Of a DNA stretch of 48,297 bases, positions 1-9,027 are shown in pieces. The stretch spans positions 1 through 48,297 of the forward strand of contig CAZOFO010000004.1 in NCBI GenBank assembly GCA_964579265.1, in the 5' to 3' direction. Made by a program: the position numbers and the translations under genes. Positions within the stretch are counted from its first letter, which is position 1. Every line of letters begins with the position of its first letter. The notes under the pieces were generated by a model. It did no database searches and was not told the DNA's origin. It worked only from the letters and a program-made list of their open reading frames with translations. Source of the DNA: Candidatus Micrarchaeota archaeon (GTDB lineage Archaea > B1Sed10-29).

Positions 1-2
1 AC

Positions 3-482
3 ATCCCCTACACAGGAGGAAACTTCGCAAAAGTATGCAGCGAAGCAGGAGTAGACGCAGTAATACTCTTCCCACAAGCCGGACCAGAAACACAGAAACA
101 ATGGATAGAGGCAGCACAAGAAGAAAATTTAGGAATAATAGGAGGAGGACTAATGACACATCCTAAATATAAAAGAAGCGAAGGAGGATACCTAGCGGAC
201 GAAGCATTAATGGAGATGTACCTCAAATCAGCGGAAAAAGGAGTAAAAAATTTCGTGGTACCGGGAAACCGACCCAACGATATAAAAGAAATAAGAAAAG
301 AACTCAAAAACAACGGAGGAGTAAACCCAGTTTTCTACGCACCAGGATTCGTTGCACAAGGCGGAGAAATAGCAGATGCAACAGAAGCAGCGGGAAAAAA
401 ATGGCACGCGATAGTCGGAAGAGCAATCTATCAAGCAGACGACATAGAAAAATCCGCAAAAGAACTCACAAAAGACCTCTAA
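3..482 (+). CDS. pyrF: orotidine 5'-phosphate decarboxylase, 5'-truncated by the window edge
   Basis: The frame is open from position 3 (IPYTGGNFAKVCSEAGVDAVILFPQAGPE...GLMTHP...YAPGFVAQGG...AIVGRAIY), so the ORF-track start at 153 is internal. The MTH, PG..QGG and IVGRAIY motifs fit OMP decarboxylase. Confidence 0.88.
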   Translation: MPYTGGNFAKVCSEAGVDAVILFPQAGPETQKQWIEAAQEENLGIIGGGLMTHPKYKRSEGGYLADEALMEMYLKSAEKGVKNFVVPGNRPNDIKEIRKELKNNGGVNPVFYAPGFVAQGGEIADATEAAGKKWHAIVGRAIYQADDIEKSAKELTKDL

Positions 483-648
483 GAAAGAAGAACAGAGAAA
501 AATGTAGAAAAACCATGAAAAAATTCAAACCTCCCTTTTATTTTTTGGAGAAAATCCATCTAAAAATAAAAAACTCAAACATAAAAGCAATATCAACCTC
601 CTATTCACTATTAAATAAAATAATAAAGACAATATATAACTAGATATA

Positions 649-1497
649 ATGACCGAGAAAAAACAGAAACACAAAAAAATGGAAAACAAGATAGGCAAAA
701 CACACGAATACAAAGGAAAGATATACAGCGAAATACCAGAAGAAGTAGCCGAAACACTGGAAATAAAACCAGGAGAAGACCTACAGTTCAAGAACCCGTA
801 CAAGGACACCATAATACTAACTCCAAAACAGACAGAAGAAGAAAAAAGCAAAAAAGATGAAGATAAAAAAGAACTCGGTCCAATAGAACTAGAAACGCTT
901 CAGAAAATAGGTAAAATAAAACACTGGGAAAGAACACCGGAAAACATAAAGAAAAAACTGAATAAAAAAGAAGAAGAAAAATACGAAGAAATGACTGAAG
1001 AAAACATACTATTCGAATACACTAAAGAAGGAGAAAAAAGAATAGGAATAGAAAGAGAATACTTCCCACTAGCCACAGGTAAAAAAGAAGAAAATGAAGA
1101 AGATCCAAATAAACAGAGTAAAAACAAAGAAAAAATCAAAAAAACCTCTAAAAAACAGAAAAACCTACTGGAACAGCTTGAAGAGAAAAAACACCTCGTT
1201 GTAAAAGACGAAGAGAAAGCAAGAGAATTTCAAAAAACACTGAGAAAAAAAGAAATGGGAGAAGACGTAAAGGGAGTAAGGGACTTCAACAAAAAATACT
1301 ACATAATAAAAGAAGACGAACTGAGAAAAATAGAAGAAGAGATAGAAGAAAAAGACATACTGGAAGAAGAAAAAAGCATAGAAAAAACAGCTGAAAAGAT
1401 AGGTAGAAGCAAAACAATGACAAAAGCAGCACTAGTCATATTAAGGGAAGAAGGGAAAGTAGTGGAGAAAGGAAAAGACATCTACCAAACCACCTAA
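649..1497 (+). CDS. hypothetical protein with an N-terminal AbrB/SpoVT-like DNA-binding domain and a probable C-terminal winged helix
   Basis: GKIYSEIPEEVAETLEIKPGEDLQF resembles the AbrB/MazE signature. The C-terminal SIEKTAEKIGRSKTMTKAALVILREEGKVVEKG resembles a wHTH. Confidence 0.5.
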   Translation: MTEKKQKHKKMENKIGKTHEYKGKIYSEIPEEVAETLEIKPGEDLQFKNPYKDTIILTPKQTEEEKSKKDEDKKELGPIELETLQKIGKIKHWERTPENIKKKLNKKEEEKYEEMTEENILFEYTKEGEKRIGIEREYFPLATGKKEENEEDPNKQSKNKEKIKKTSKKQKNLLEQLEEKKHLVVKDEEKAREFQKTLRKKEMGEDVKGVRDFNKKYYIIKEDELRKIEEEIEEKDILEEEKSIEKTAEKIGRSKTMTKAALVILREEGKVVEKGKDIYQTT

Positions 1498-1519
1498 AAA
1501 ATAACCAGGAGGAATAAAA

Positions 1520-1891
1520 ATGAAGATTTTGATCCCGGTACTCACGGGAGAAGAAGACGAAGATGAATTCCTGGAAGAAGTAAAAAAAGAAGAACCAGAT
1601 AAAGTGATACTTCTAAATATAGTGAAAAGAGAGGAAGTAGAAGACGTGCCCGCGGGATATGCAGGAACAAAAATAAAAGAATCAGAAGAGATTATGGAGA
1701 AAATAAAAAAACAGTTACCTTCAAAAATAGAAGTAGAAGAAAATATAGAATGGGGAGATGTAAAAAAGAAAATAAAAGTAATTGCAAAGATAAAAAACAT
1801 AGATAAAGTGATATTAAACAAAACAGAACATTCAAAAGAAATTGAAGAAGAATTAAAAGATTTAGATATCAATATAAGGATAATAAACTAG
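1520..1891 (+). CDS. universal stress protein (UspA-like)
   Basis: MKILIPV start, VILLNIV strand and EWGDVKKKIKVIAKIKNIDKVIL match the USP fold pattern. A GGAGG SD lies upstream. Confidence 0.7.
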   Translation: MKILIPVLTGEEDEDEFLEEVKKEEPDKVILLNIVKREEVEDVPAGYAGTKIKESEEIMEKIKKQLPSKIEVEENIEWGDVKKKIKVIAKIKNIDKVILNKTEHSKEIEEELKDLDINIRIIN

Positions 1892-1964
1892 ACATAATTA
1901 ATTTAAAAGCATAGAAAGAGGATAATAGTTTTTTAAAATCAGATTAATCTATTTTTAGGCATTT

Positions 1965-2012
1965 TGCAAAAAACATAACATTTAAATATGTTACTATCCA
2001 CAAGTGACAACA
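1965..2012 (+). promoter_or_regulatory. promoter block with a TAACAT-N6-ATGTTA palindrome around TTTAAATA, copy 1
   Basis: Palindrome at 1976-1993. The block is nearly identical to 4726-4772, and each copy lies upstream of a surface-protein gene. Confidence 0.6.
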
Positions 2013-2044
2013 GTTTATGATATAAGTAGACATAGGTGTAAAAA

Positions 2045-4672
2045 ATGAATCTCGGAACAACTGAAAAAATAATCGGAATCACCCTCACCCTTCTCGCGTT
2101 AACCCTAGCAATGGGTCTATCAACAGGAACCACCGAAGACACATGGGAAGGATTCATAGAACCGGAAACAGGAGAAACATTCCAACCAGGAGAAATACCA
2201 GCACAAGTACAACCACACTCAGAAGCAGATGCTTACAGATGGGAAATAGTTGAAGACGAATTCTCATTCGGACAAGTAAACGGAAAGGAATACACCTTTG
2301 AAATAGAAGAAACAGGCACCCACACCCTAAAAACTACAGCTGAAAAACTAATATGCGTGGACGAACCTCACATATCACCTGAAGAATTAAAAGAAGAACA
2401 AAAAGATGATTTCTGTAGGAAAGAATTCATTCCAATAGAATCAGATACAGTTTCAATACAAGTAGGAGAAAGTAAAGAAGAAGTCTACTTCAAAGTAACC
2501 GAAGTAGAAACAGAAGACACATACCTAGGACAAGAAGCAGTAACAGAAGCATTAATTAAAAATACTGGAGAAACCAAAGGAACTCAAGATATAGAACTAT
2601 TAATACACGATTCTGAACCTGGAGAAGATCCATTGTTCAATCAAACCAAAGAAAAAGTAGAAATAAAAGCAGGAGAAAGCAAATTAATAGAATTCTCTGA
2701 AGAAGTACCAACAGAAGAAAAATACGTAGGAGAATACAAATCAACCGTATCATCCGAAGACAGCCAAGACACAGATCAATTCGAAATAAAAAACAATGAA
2801 AGCTCATGGAGAGGATTCATAGAGCCAAAACCAGGAGAAACATTCCAACCAGGAGAAATACCAGCACAAGTAGGAAAACACCCTAATCCAGAAGTAAATG
2901 CCTACCTATGGAGAACAGATGACAGAACTTATCCAGCAACAAGTCAAACAAACCACACTTTCAGAATAGAAGAACCAGGACAATACACCCTGGAATCAAT
3001 CGCAGTGAACATGGACATAGAACCACCAAAACCACCTGAACCACCATGGCCACCACAACCACCACAACCACCAGAGCCACCACACCCAAACATAACCACG
3101 GATTACCAAGAAGAATCCACCTCCGGAATAACCCCAATAGAAAAAGACACCGTAGAAATAGAAGTAGAAGAAGAGAAAGAGGAATACGAGCTAAAGATAA
3201 ACTCAACAAAAGGAGGGAACGTAACGGAACCAGGAGAAGGTAGATTCGAATATGAAAATAACACCGTAGTAAACATAACAGCAGGAAATAATCAAGGATA
3301 TGAATTCATGAATTGGACAGGGAACACAAGCACTATAGAAGATCCTGAATCACCAGAAACCAAGATAACAATAAGAGATAACTACACAATCACAGCAAAC
3401 TTCAAAGAAAAACCAGTAGATCAACCTTACTTCGAAATCAATATAACCTCACCAACAGACGGAACAGAATACGAAGAAGATGAAGAAATAAAAATAGAAC
3501 ACAGAGTTATAAACAAAGGAGGCGTCGAAGACACACAAAACATAACATTTGCAGTAGATGAAGATAATAACGTGGAAGAAAAAGAAAAATTCACCTTGAA
3601 ATCAAATGAAACCGAAGAAAACAGTTTCACTTGGACAGCAGATGAAGAAGGAACTTACGAACTAATTATCTCAAGCGAAGATCACACAGACACAGTTGAA
3701 ATAATAGTAGAAGAAGATACAGGAACAGGAGGAGGTGGCGGTGGCGGAACAGGCCCATCCCCAACCACCTACGACCTAACAATAAATACAGAAGGAGAAG
3801 GAGAAATCTCACCAGGAATCGGAACATACACATATACAGAAGGTACTGAAGTAGAAGTGGAGGCAACACCTGAAGAAGGATGGTACTTCCAAGAATGGAC
3901 AGGCGACCATACAAGCACGGAAGAAGAAATCACGGTGACAATGGACGAAGACAAGGAAATAACAGCACACTTCCAGGAAGAAATAGAAAACTACACCCTA
4001 ACAACCAACATAGATGGAGAAGGAGAAGTAGAGATAAATCCAGAACAAGACGAATACGAAGAAGGAACAGAAGTAACACTAACAGCAGAAGCACAAGAAG
4101 ACCATGAATTCACAGAATGGACAGGAGACCACACAGGCACGGAAGAAGAAATCACAATAACAATGAACGAAGACAAAGAAATAACAGCACACTTCACAGA
4201 AAAAGAACCTTACTTCGAGATAGTGAGAATAGAACACGATGAAGAAGTAACAGAAGGAGAAGAAACCACAATAGAGATTAGAATTGAAAATACCGGAGAA
4301 GCAACAGGTGCTCAAACAATAACACTTCATGAACAAGAAAACCCAGAGAACATGATAGACTCTAGAGAAATCACCTTAGAAGAAGGAGAAGAAACCACAG
4401 TAAACTTAAACTGGGAAACAGAACAATTAACCACAGGAGAACACACATTAACCGTTTCAAGCGGAGATCAAGAGATAAATATTGAAATAAGCATAGTAGA
4501 AGCAGAAGAACCTGAAGAACCAACTACAATAACAGGACTGGTAACAGGAGCATTCGCAAACCCAGTAGTAGGGATAATAGCTCTAATAGCATTAATAATA
4601 GCATCAATGGCTCTCTACAAAAGAGAAAATATAAAGAAAAGACTAAAAAACAATCTTGAAAAAGAAGAATAA
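2045..4672 (+). CDS. secreted modular surface protein (two variable-loop beta modules, CARDB-like domains, three InlB-B-like repeats, C-terminal TM)
   Basis: N-terminal signal peptide. Repeats of the type Y.LT....G.G......G.Y..GTEV...A....GW.F..WTGD......IT.TM..DKEITAHF. CARDB-like IENTGEATGAQTITL segments. Ends in ITGLVTGAFANP, a TM helix and a KR tail. Confidence 0.8.
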   Translation: MNLGTTEKIIGITLTLLALTLAMGLSTGTTEDTWEGFIEPETGETFQPGEIPAQVQPHSEADAYRWEIVEDEFSFGQVNGKEYTFEIEETGTHTLKTTAEKLICVDEPHISPEELKEEQKDDFCRKEFIPIESDTVSIQVGESKEEVYFKVTEVETEDTYLGQEAVTEALIKNTGETKGTQDIELLIHDSEPGEDPLFNQTKEKVEIKAGESKLIEFSEEVPTEEKYVGEYKSTVSSEDSQDTDQFEIKNNESSWRGFIEPKPGETFQPGEIPAQVGKHPNPEVNAYLWRTDDRTYPATSQTNHTFRIEEPGQYTLESIAVNMDIEPPKPPEPPWPPQPPQPPEPPHPNITTDYQEESTSGITPIEKDTVEIEVEEEKEEYELKINSTKGGNVTEPGEGRFEYENNTVVNITAGNNQGYEFMNWTGNTSTIEDPESPETKITIRDNYTITANFKEKPVDQPYFEINITSPTDGTEYEEDEEIKIEHRVINKGGVEDTQNITFAVDEDNNVEEKEKFTLKSNETEENSFTWTADEEGTYELIISSEDHTDTVEIIVEEDTGTGGGGGGGTGPSPTTYDLTINTEGEGEISPGIGTYTYTEGTEVEVEATPEEGWYFQEWTGDHTSTEEEITVTMDEDKEITAHFQEEIENYTLTTNIDGEGEVEINPEQDEYEEGTEVTLTAEAQEDHEFTEWTGDHTGTEEEITITMNEDKEITAHFTEKEPYFEIVRIEHDEEVTEGEETTIEIRIENTGEATGAQTITLHEQENPENMIDSREITLEEGEETTVNLNWETEQLTTGEHTLTVSSGDQEINIEISIVEAEEPEEPTTITGLVTGAFANPVVGIIALIALIIASMALYKRENIKKRLKNNLEKEE
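2169..2248 (+). repeat. 80-bp exact direct repeat, partner at 4954-5033
   Basis: caggagaaacattcc...gggaaata is identical in both surface-protein genes when compared by eye. Confidence 0.85.
2812..2872 (+). repeat. 61-bp exact direct repeat, partner at 4934-4994
   Basis: aggattcatagagccaaaacc...gcacaagta is identical in module 2 of gene 1 and the module of gene 2. Confidence 0.85.
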
Positions 4673-4725
4673 GAAAAAAACCATTATCTCTCTTACTAAA
4701 ACCAAAAGAAAAGTAGAGACAGTTA

Positions 4726-4772
4726 TGCAAAAACATAACATTTAAATATGTTACTATCCACAAATGATAACA
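4726..4772 (+). promoter_or_regulatory. promoter block with a TAACAT-N6-ATGTTA palindrome, copy 2
   Basis: Palindrome at 4736-4753. The block is nearly identical to 1965-2012. Confidence 0.6.
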
Positions 4773-4814
4773 CATATTGAATAGATAAAGATACGCTCAC
4801 CGAGAGGGAAAAAT

Positions 4815-7800
4815 ATGAATAGATTCAAAACAACGAAGAAAATAAGCATTATTGTAACAACACTCCTAGCGGTTATTCTAACGCTAGGAATCACACAAGG
4901 ATTCGCAGCAGAGACCACTACAAGCTCATGGGAAGGATTCATAGAGCCAAAACCAGGAGAAACATTCCAACCAGGAGAAATACCAGCACAAGTACAACCA
5001 CACTCAGAAGCAGATGCTTACAGATGGGAAATAATAAATAAACCTTCCTGGAATAGAAAAGGAACTTCTCACACTTATGAAATAAACGAGCCAGGACAAT
5101 ACGTACTAAAAGCCACAGCTGAAAAATTCTCTTTCCCACCTTACCCACCTTACCCACCCGGACCAATACCAAGAACAGAACAAAGTTCAACCCATTCCAG
5201 CAGCTTCGAACCAATAGCTACAGACACAGTTACCATTAAAGTTGAAGAAAAACCTAAAGAAATCAACACATGCAGCGAACTTCAAGACATAGGGAGATCA
5301 GGAGAGTACAAACTAGGAAACGACATAGACTGTAGCGGAATCAATAACTTCGATCCTATAACAGCCAACAGCAGAGACTCATTCTACTTAGACGGACAAG
5401 GCTATGCTATAAAGAATGTTAACATCGATAGACCCGACGAGAGCTACGTCGGAGTATTCGGACACCTGAAATACGACGCACTAGTAAAAAACGTTGGAGT
5501 AGAAGACGTAGATATAACAGGAAGAAACTACGTAGGCGGATTAGTAGGAAGACAATCCTACCAAGCAGAACTTAAAAACACTTACGCCACAGGAACAGTA
5601 GAAGGAAACAGAGACGTAGGAGGACTATCAGGACACAAATACGACGACATAACATGCAGCTGGGCAGACGCCAATGTAAGAGGAAACACAAACGTAGGAG
5701 CAGTAGTAGGAAATGACAGACAAAAGAAATCAGACTACACAAGAAAATCAACAACTCTTGACATAGGCACAACAGGACAAGGAGAAGTAGACATAAACCC
5801 AGAATACGACTACTACAGAAAAGGAAGCAAAACCACACTCACAGCACAACCTGAAAAAGGCTGGTACTTCCAAGGATGGAGAGGAGACCACAGCTGTACG
5901 GATAAAATAGTAACAATAACAATGGATAAAGATAAAGAGATAACAGCACAATTCACAGAAGAAAAAGAAGACCCATACTTCAAAACTAACATAATATCAC
6001 CAAAAGAAGGAGATTACTTCTACGAAGGAGAAACAGTACAAGTCTACCACTCAGTAAAAAACACTGGAGAGATAAAGGACACGCAGAAGATCCAGTTCAG
6101 AATCAACAGCCAATTCGAGGATAAAAAATACTTAACAATAAAACCAGGAGAAACAAAGTACCGTACTTTCACCTGGACTGCAGAAAAAGGATACCACGAA
6201 CTCAAAGTAAAGAGCGAAGACCACCAAGACACAGTAGGAATAAACGTAAAAGAAGAACCCCCAGAATACAAAGAGTTAAAGATCAATAAAGAAGGAAACG
6301 GAACCACACAACCAAAACCAGGAACACACATATACGAAAAAGGAGAAAAAGTAGAAGTAGAGGCAACTCCCGAAGAAGGATGGTACTTCGAAGAATGGAG
6401 CGGAGACCATAGTTGCGGGGACAAAAAAATAATCATAGAGATGAATGAAGACAAAGAAATAACAGCAAACTTCAAAGAAGAACCAACTGAATACAGAGAA
6501 CTTACAATAAACACAGAAGGAAACGGAACCACACAACCAAAACCAGGAACACACATATACGAAAAAGATACCGAAGTGGAAATAGAAGCAACAGCAGATG
6601 AAAACTGGTACTTCGAAGAATGGACAGGTGACAAAGAATCAAACGAGACAAAGATCACACTAAACATGACAGAAGATAAAGAAATAACAGCGAACTTCAA
6701 AGAAGAAGAACCAAAAATGGAAGCAGAACTAATAAAACCATTGGACGGAGCAACAGACGTATCCAAAGAAGCGGAACTAGAAGTAAGAATAACACATTCA
6801 GAAGAAAAAGAGACGAACATCTCATTCATAGACTCAAAAGAAAATAAAGAACTAGGAACCTACAAAAACGTGGAAAACGGAACAAGAGTACAACACACAT
6901 GGAAAGATCTGGATGGAAACACCACATATGAATGGTACGTACAGATGGAATCAGGAAACGAAACCGAAACCAGCGAAACATGGTCATTTACCACAGAGCA
7001 CATACCTGCAGACCAAATATCAGTAAGTGCAGGAGGAGACCGAGTAACCACTGTTAACACACCAATCGAACTAAGAGGAACAGCATCAAGCTACAAATCC
7101 AGAATAACAAAATACAAATGGGACTTCAACGGAGACGGAGAATGGGACTACAAATCCAACACCTCCGGAATCACAACAACAACCTACGACGAACCAGGAG
7201 AATACAAAGCAAGACTACAAGTAATAGACGCAAACAACAACAAAAACCACGATACCGCTAGAATAACCATAAGAGAAGAAATAAGACTAGTTCCAGATGA
7301 AGAAACAATAGTAGAACTAGAAAGAAAAACAAAAAACCAAGTCAGAATCACACCAACCTACATATACGACCCAGAGGGAAATACAACAAGAGTAGAATAC
7401 GAATTCAGGAACACGAAAAGAGAGAGCAGACACCTACAGATAAAAGCTGAAATACCAACAAAAGTAGCAGCCACCACGGAAGACCTCTTAATCCTACCCG
7501 GACCGGATGGAGAAGAGGTAAAAAACCTACCCTACTGGAACGTATCCCTAGCCCCAGAAGAAACAACAACAATAGCTATAGAGAAACAAGGATTCCTACA
7601 ACAAAGACACATAGAAGACATAGAGATAGATATAAGAGAAAGAGAACCAAGAGAACTAGAACCAGAAGAAGAAGTAGAAGAACCAGTAACAATAGGAGGA
7701 CTAGTAACAGGAGCATTCGCAAACCCAGCAATAGGAGCAGCAATACTACTAGCACTGATAATAATATCTCTAGCATACTACAAAAGAGAAGAAATAAAAG

Positions 7801-7829
7801 AAAGACTAGAAGAGAACCTTGAAAAATAA
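4815..7829 (+). CDS. secreted modular surface protein (variable-loop module, short GLUG-motif region, three InlB-B-like repeats, CARDB, FN3-like, PKD, C-terminal TM)
   Basis: Signal peptide. GLUG-type repeats (GRNYVGGLVG, GNRDVGGLSG, GNTNVGAVVG). PKD motif YKWDFNGDGEWDY...TYDEPGEYKARLQV. Ends in GGLVTGAFANP, a TM helix and a KR tail. Confidence 0.8.
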   Translation: MNRFKTTKKISIIVTTLLAVILTLGITQGFAAETTTSSWEGFIEPKPGETFQPGEIPAQVQPHSEADAYRWEIINKPSWNRKGTSHTYEINEPGQYVLKATAEKFSFPPYPPYPPGPIPRTEQSSTHSSSFEPIATDTVTIKVEEKPKEINTCSELQDIGRSGEYKLGNDIDCSGINNFDPITANSRDSFYLDGQGYAIKNVNIDRPDESYVGVFGHLKYDALVKNVGVEDVDITGRNYVGGLVGRQSYQAELKNTYATGTVEGNRDVGGLSGHKYDDITCSWADANVRGNTNVGAVVGNDRQKKSDYTRKSTTLDIGTTGQGEVDINPEYDYYRKGSKTTLTAQPEKGWYFQGWRGDHSCTDKIVTITMDKDKEITAQFTEEKEDPYFKTNIISPKEGDYFYEGETVQVYHSVKNTGEIKDTQKIQFRINSQFEDKKYLTIKPGETKYRTFTWTAEKGYHELKVKSEDHQDTVGINVKEEPPEYKELKINKEGNGTTQPKPGTHIYEKGEKVEVEATPEEGWYFEEWSGDHSCGDKKIIIEMNEDKEITANFKEEPTEYRELTINTEGNGTTQPKPGTHIYEKDTEVEIEATADENWYFEEWTGDKESNETKITLNMTEDKEITANFKEEEPKMEAELIKPLDGATDVSKEAELEVRITHSEEKETNISFIDSKENKELGTYKNVENGTRVQHTWKDLDGNTTYEWYVQMESGNETETSETWSFTTEHIPADQISVSAGGDRVTTVNTPIELRGTASSYKSRITKYKWDFNGDGEWDYKSNTSGITTTTYDEPGEYKARLQVIDANNNKNHDTARITIREEIRLVPDEETIVELERKTKNQVRITPTYIYDPEGNTTRVEYEFRNTKRESRHLQIKAEIPTKVAATTEDLLILPGPDGEEVKNLPYWNVSLAPEETTTIAIEKQGFLQQRHIEDIEIDIREREPRELEPEEEVEEPVTIGGLVTGAFANPAIGAAILLALIIISLAYYKREEIKERLEENLEK

Positions 7830-7837
7830 AAAACCAC

Positions 7838-7855
7838 TTTTTCTTCACTTTTTTT
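7838..7855 (+). terminator. oligo-T archaeal terminator
   Basis: A TTTTTCTTCACTTTTTTT tract starts about 9 nt after the stop codon. Confidence 0.5.
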
Positions 7856-7971
7856 AAATACAAAGACCAATGAAGTAGTCCCACGTATATCCAGAAAAAC
7901 CATAGAAAAAACCTTTAAACAACAAACACCTTAAAAAGACAAGGAACAAGATAAAAAAGCGAGGAAAAAAT

Positions 7972-8499
7972 ATGCCTTTACTAACAGAAGAAAAAATCAC
8001 AATAACCGACCAGGAACTGAAAAAAGAACTAAAAGAAAAAGGATACGGAGAAGAAGAAGAAAGAAAAAAAGAAAACGGAAAACTAGTCCTATCACCAGAA
8101 GAAACACTTTACTTAAAAGAAAAAAGAAAAAACTTCACAGTAAGAGACCCAGAGAACAAAGAACTCGGTGAAGAAGAACTGAAAAAACAATTCACCCGGA
8201 GAAACGAAGAATTCCCAAGAAAATACACAGTATACAAAGACCTAAGAGACAGAGGATTCTGCGTTAAAACAGGATTCAAATTCGGATCCCACTTCAGAGT
8301 ATATAAAAGAGGAGAAAAACCAGGAGAAGGACATGCAAAATGGCTAGTGCACGCAGTACCAGAAGAATACGAATGCAGTTTCCCGGAACTAAGCAGATCC
8401 ATAAGACTAGCTCAAAATGTCAAGAAAACAATGGTATACGCCGTAGTAGATAAAGAACAGGATATAACTTACTATAAAATGAAAAGAATAACACCATAG
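7972..8499 (+). CDS. endA: tRNA splicing endonuclease (about 175 aa, single catalytic unit, alpha4-type size)
   Basis: VYKDLRDRGFCVKTGFKFGSHFRVY, GHAKWLV and R.AQNVKKTMVYAVVD carry the Tyr/His/Lys catalytic triad. Confidence 0.93.
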   Translation: MPLLTEEKITITDQELKKELKEKGYGEEEERKKENGKLVLSPEETLYLKEKRKNFTVRDPENKELGEEELKKQFTRRNEEFPRKYTVYKDLRDRGFCVKTGFKFGSHFRVYKRGEKPGEGHAKWLVHAVPEEYECSFPELSRSIRLAQNVKKTMVYAVVDKEQDITYYKMKRITP

Positions 8500-8510
8500 A
8501 GGTATAAAAC

Positions 8511-8972
8511 ATGAGCGTTAGAGTAACAAACCCTGAAAAATGGAGAGAAAAAGGAGAAAAAGAAAGAAAGAAAGAGAGAAAAAAGAGAGAAGAAGAAATA
8601 AAGAGGAAAAAGGAATATCCAAACAAAATGGCACCGGAAGAATTCGAAGTGAAAAAAGTAGAAAACTACCTAGATAAACTGAAAAAAGAAACAGATAACA
8701 AAGAACAACTGAAAGAACATCTCAAAAGAAATAAAAAAACACTTGAGAGGACAGAAGAAAAATTCCACGAAGTATTCCAAGATAGCAAGAAGAAAAAAGG
8801 GAAGAAACTGAAAAAAGAAATAGAAGAAGAAAAAAAGAAATTAGAAAAAATACTAGAAAGAATGGAAAAAGAAGGAGAGAAAAAAGAGATAGAAGAAGAC
8901 ATAAAAGAAATTGAAAAAAAGAAGGAAAGAGAAAGAATAGAAGAAGAATGGGAAAAAAGACTGAATGAGTAA
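8511..8972 (+). CDS. K/E-rich coiled-coil hypothetical protein
   Basis: Typical coding-strand bias, a GAGGT SD, and tight packing between endA and dph5. Confidence 0.6.
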   Translation: MSVRVTNPEKWREKGEKERKKERKKREEEIKRKKEYPNKMAPEEFEVKKVENYLDKLKKETDNKEQLKEHLKRNKKTLERTEEKFHEVFQDSKKKKGKKLKKEIEEEKKKLEKILERMEKEGEKKEIEEDIKEIEKKKERERIEEEWEKRLNE

Positions 8973-9027
8973 AACAAACACAGAAAAACACCAACAAAAG
9001 AGAAGAAAAATACTGTAAAGGATTTAA

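Noticed and set aside
401-643. 80-aa ORF overlapping the pyrF end, plus anti-SD-like ACCTCC sites at about 529 and 596
   Set aside because: No recognisable protein features. The ORF overlaps pyrF out of frame, and the minus-strand SD-like sites have no convincing ORF at proper spacing.
3010-3090. Pro-rich tandem repeat considered as a separate repeat element or DGR variable region
   Set aside because: It is in-frame protein low complexity. There is no reverse transcriptase, and the near-identical repeats differ neither specifically at adenines nor within the identical tracts, so a DGR is unsupported.
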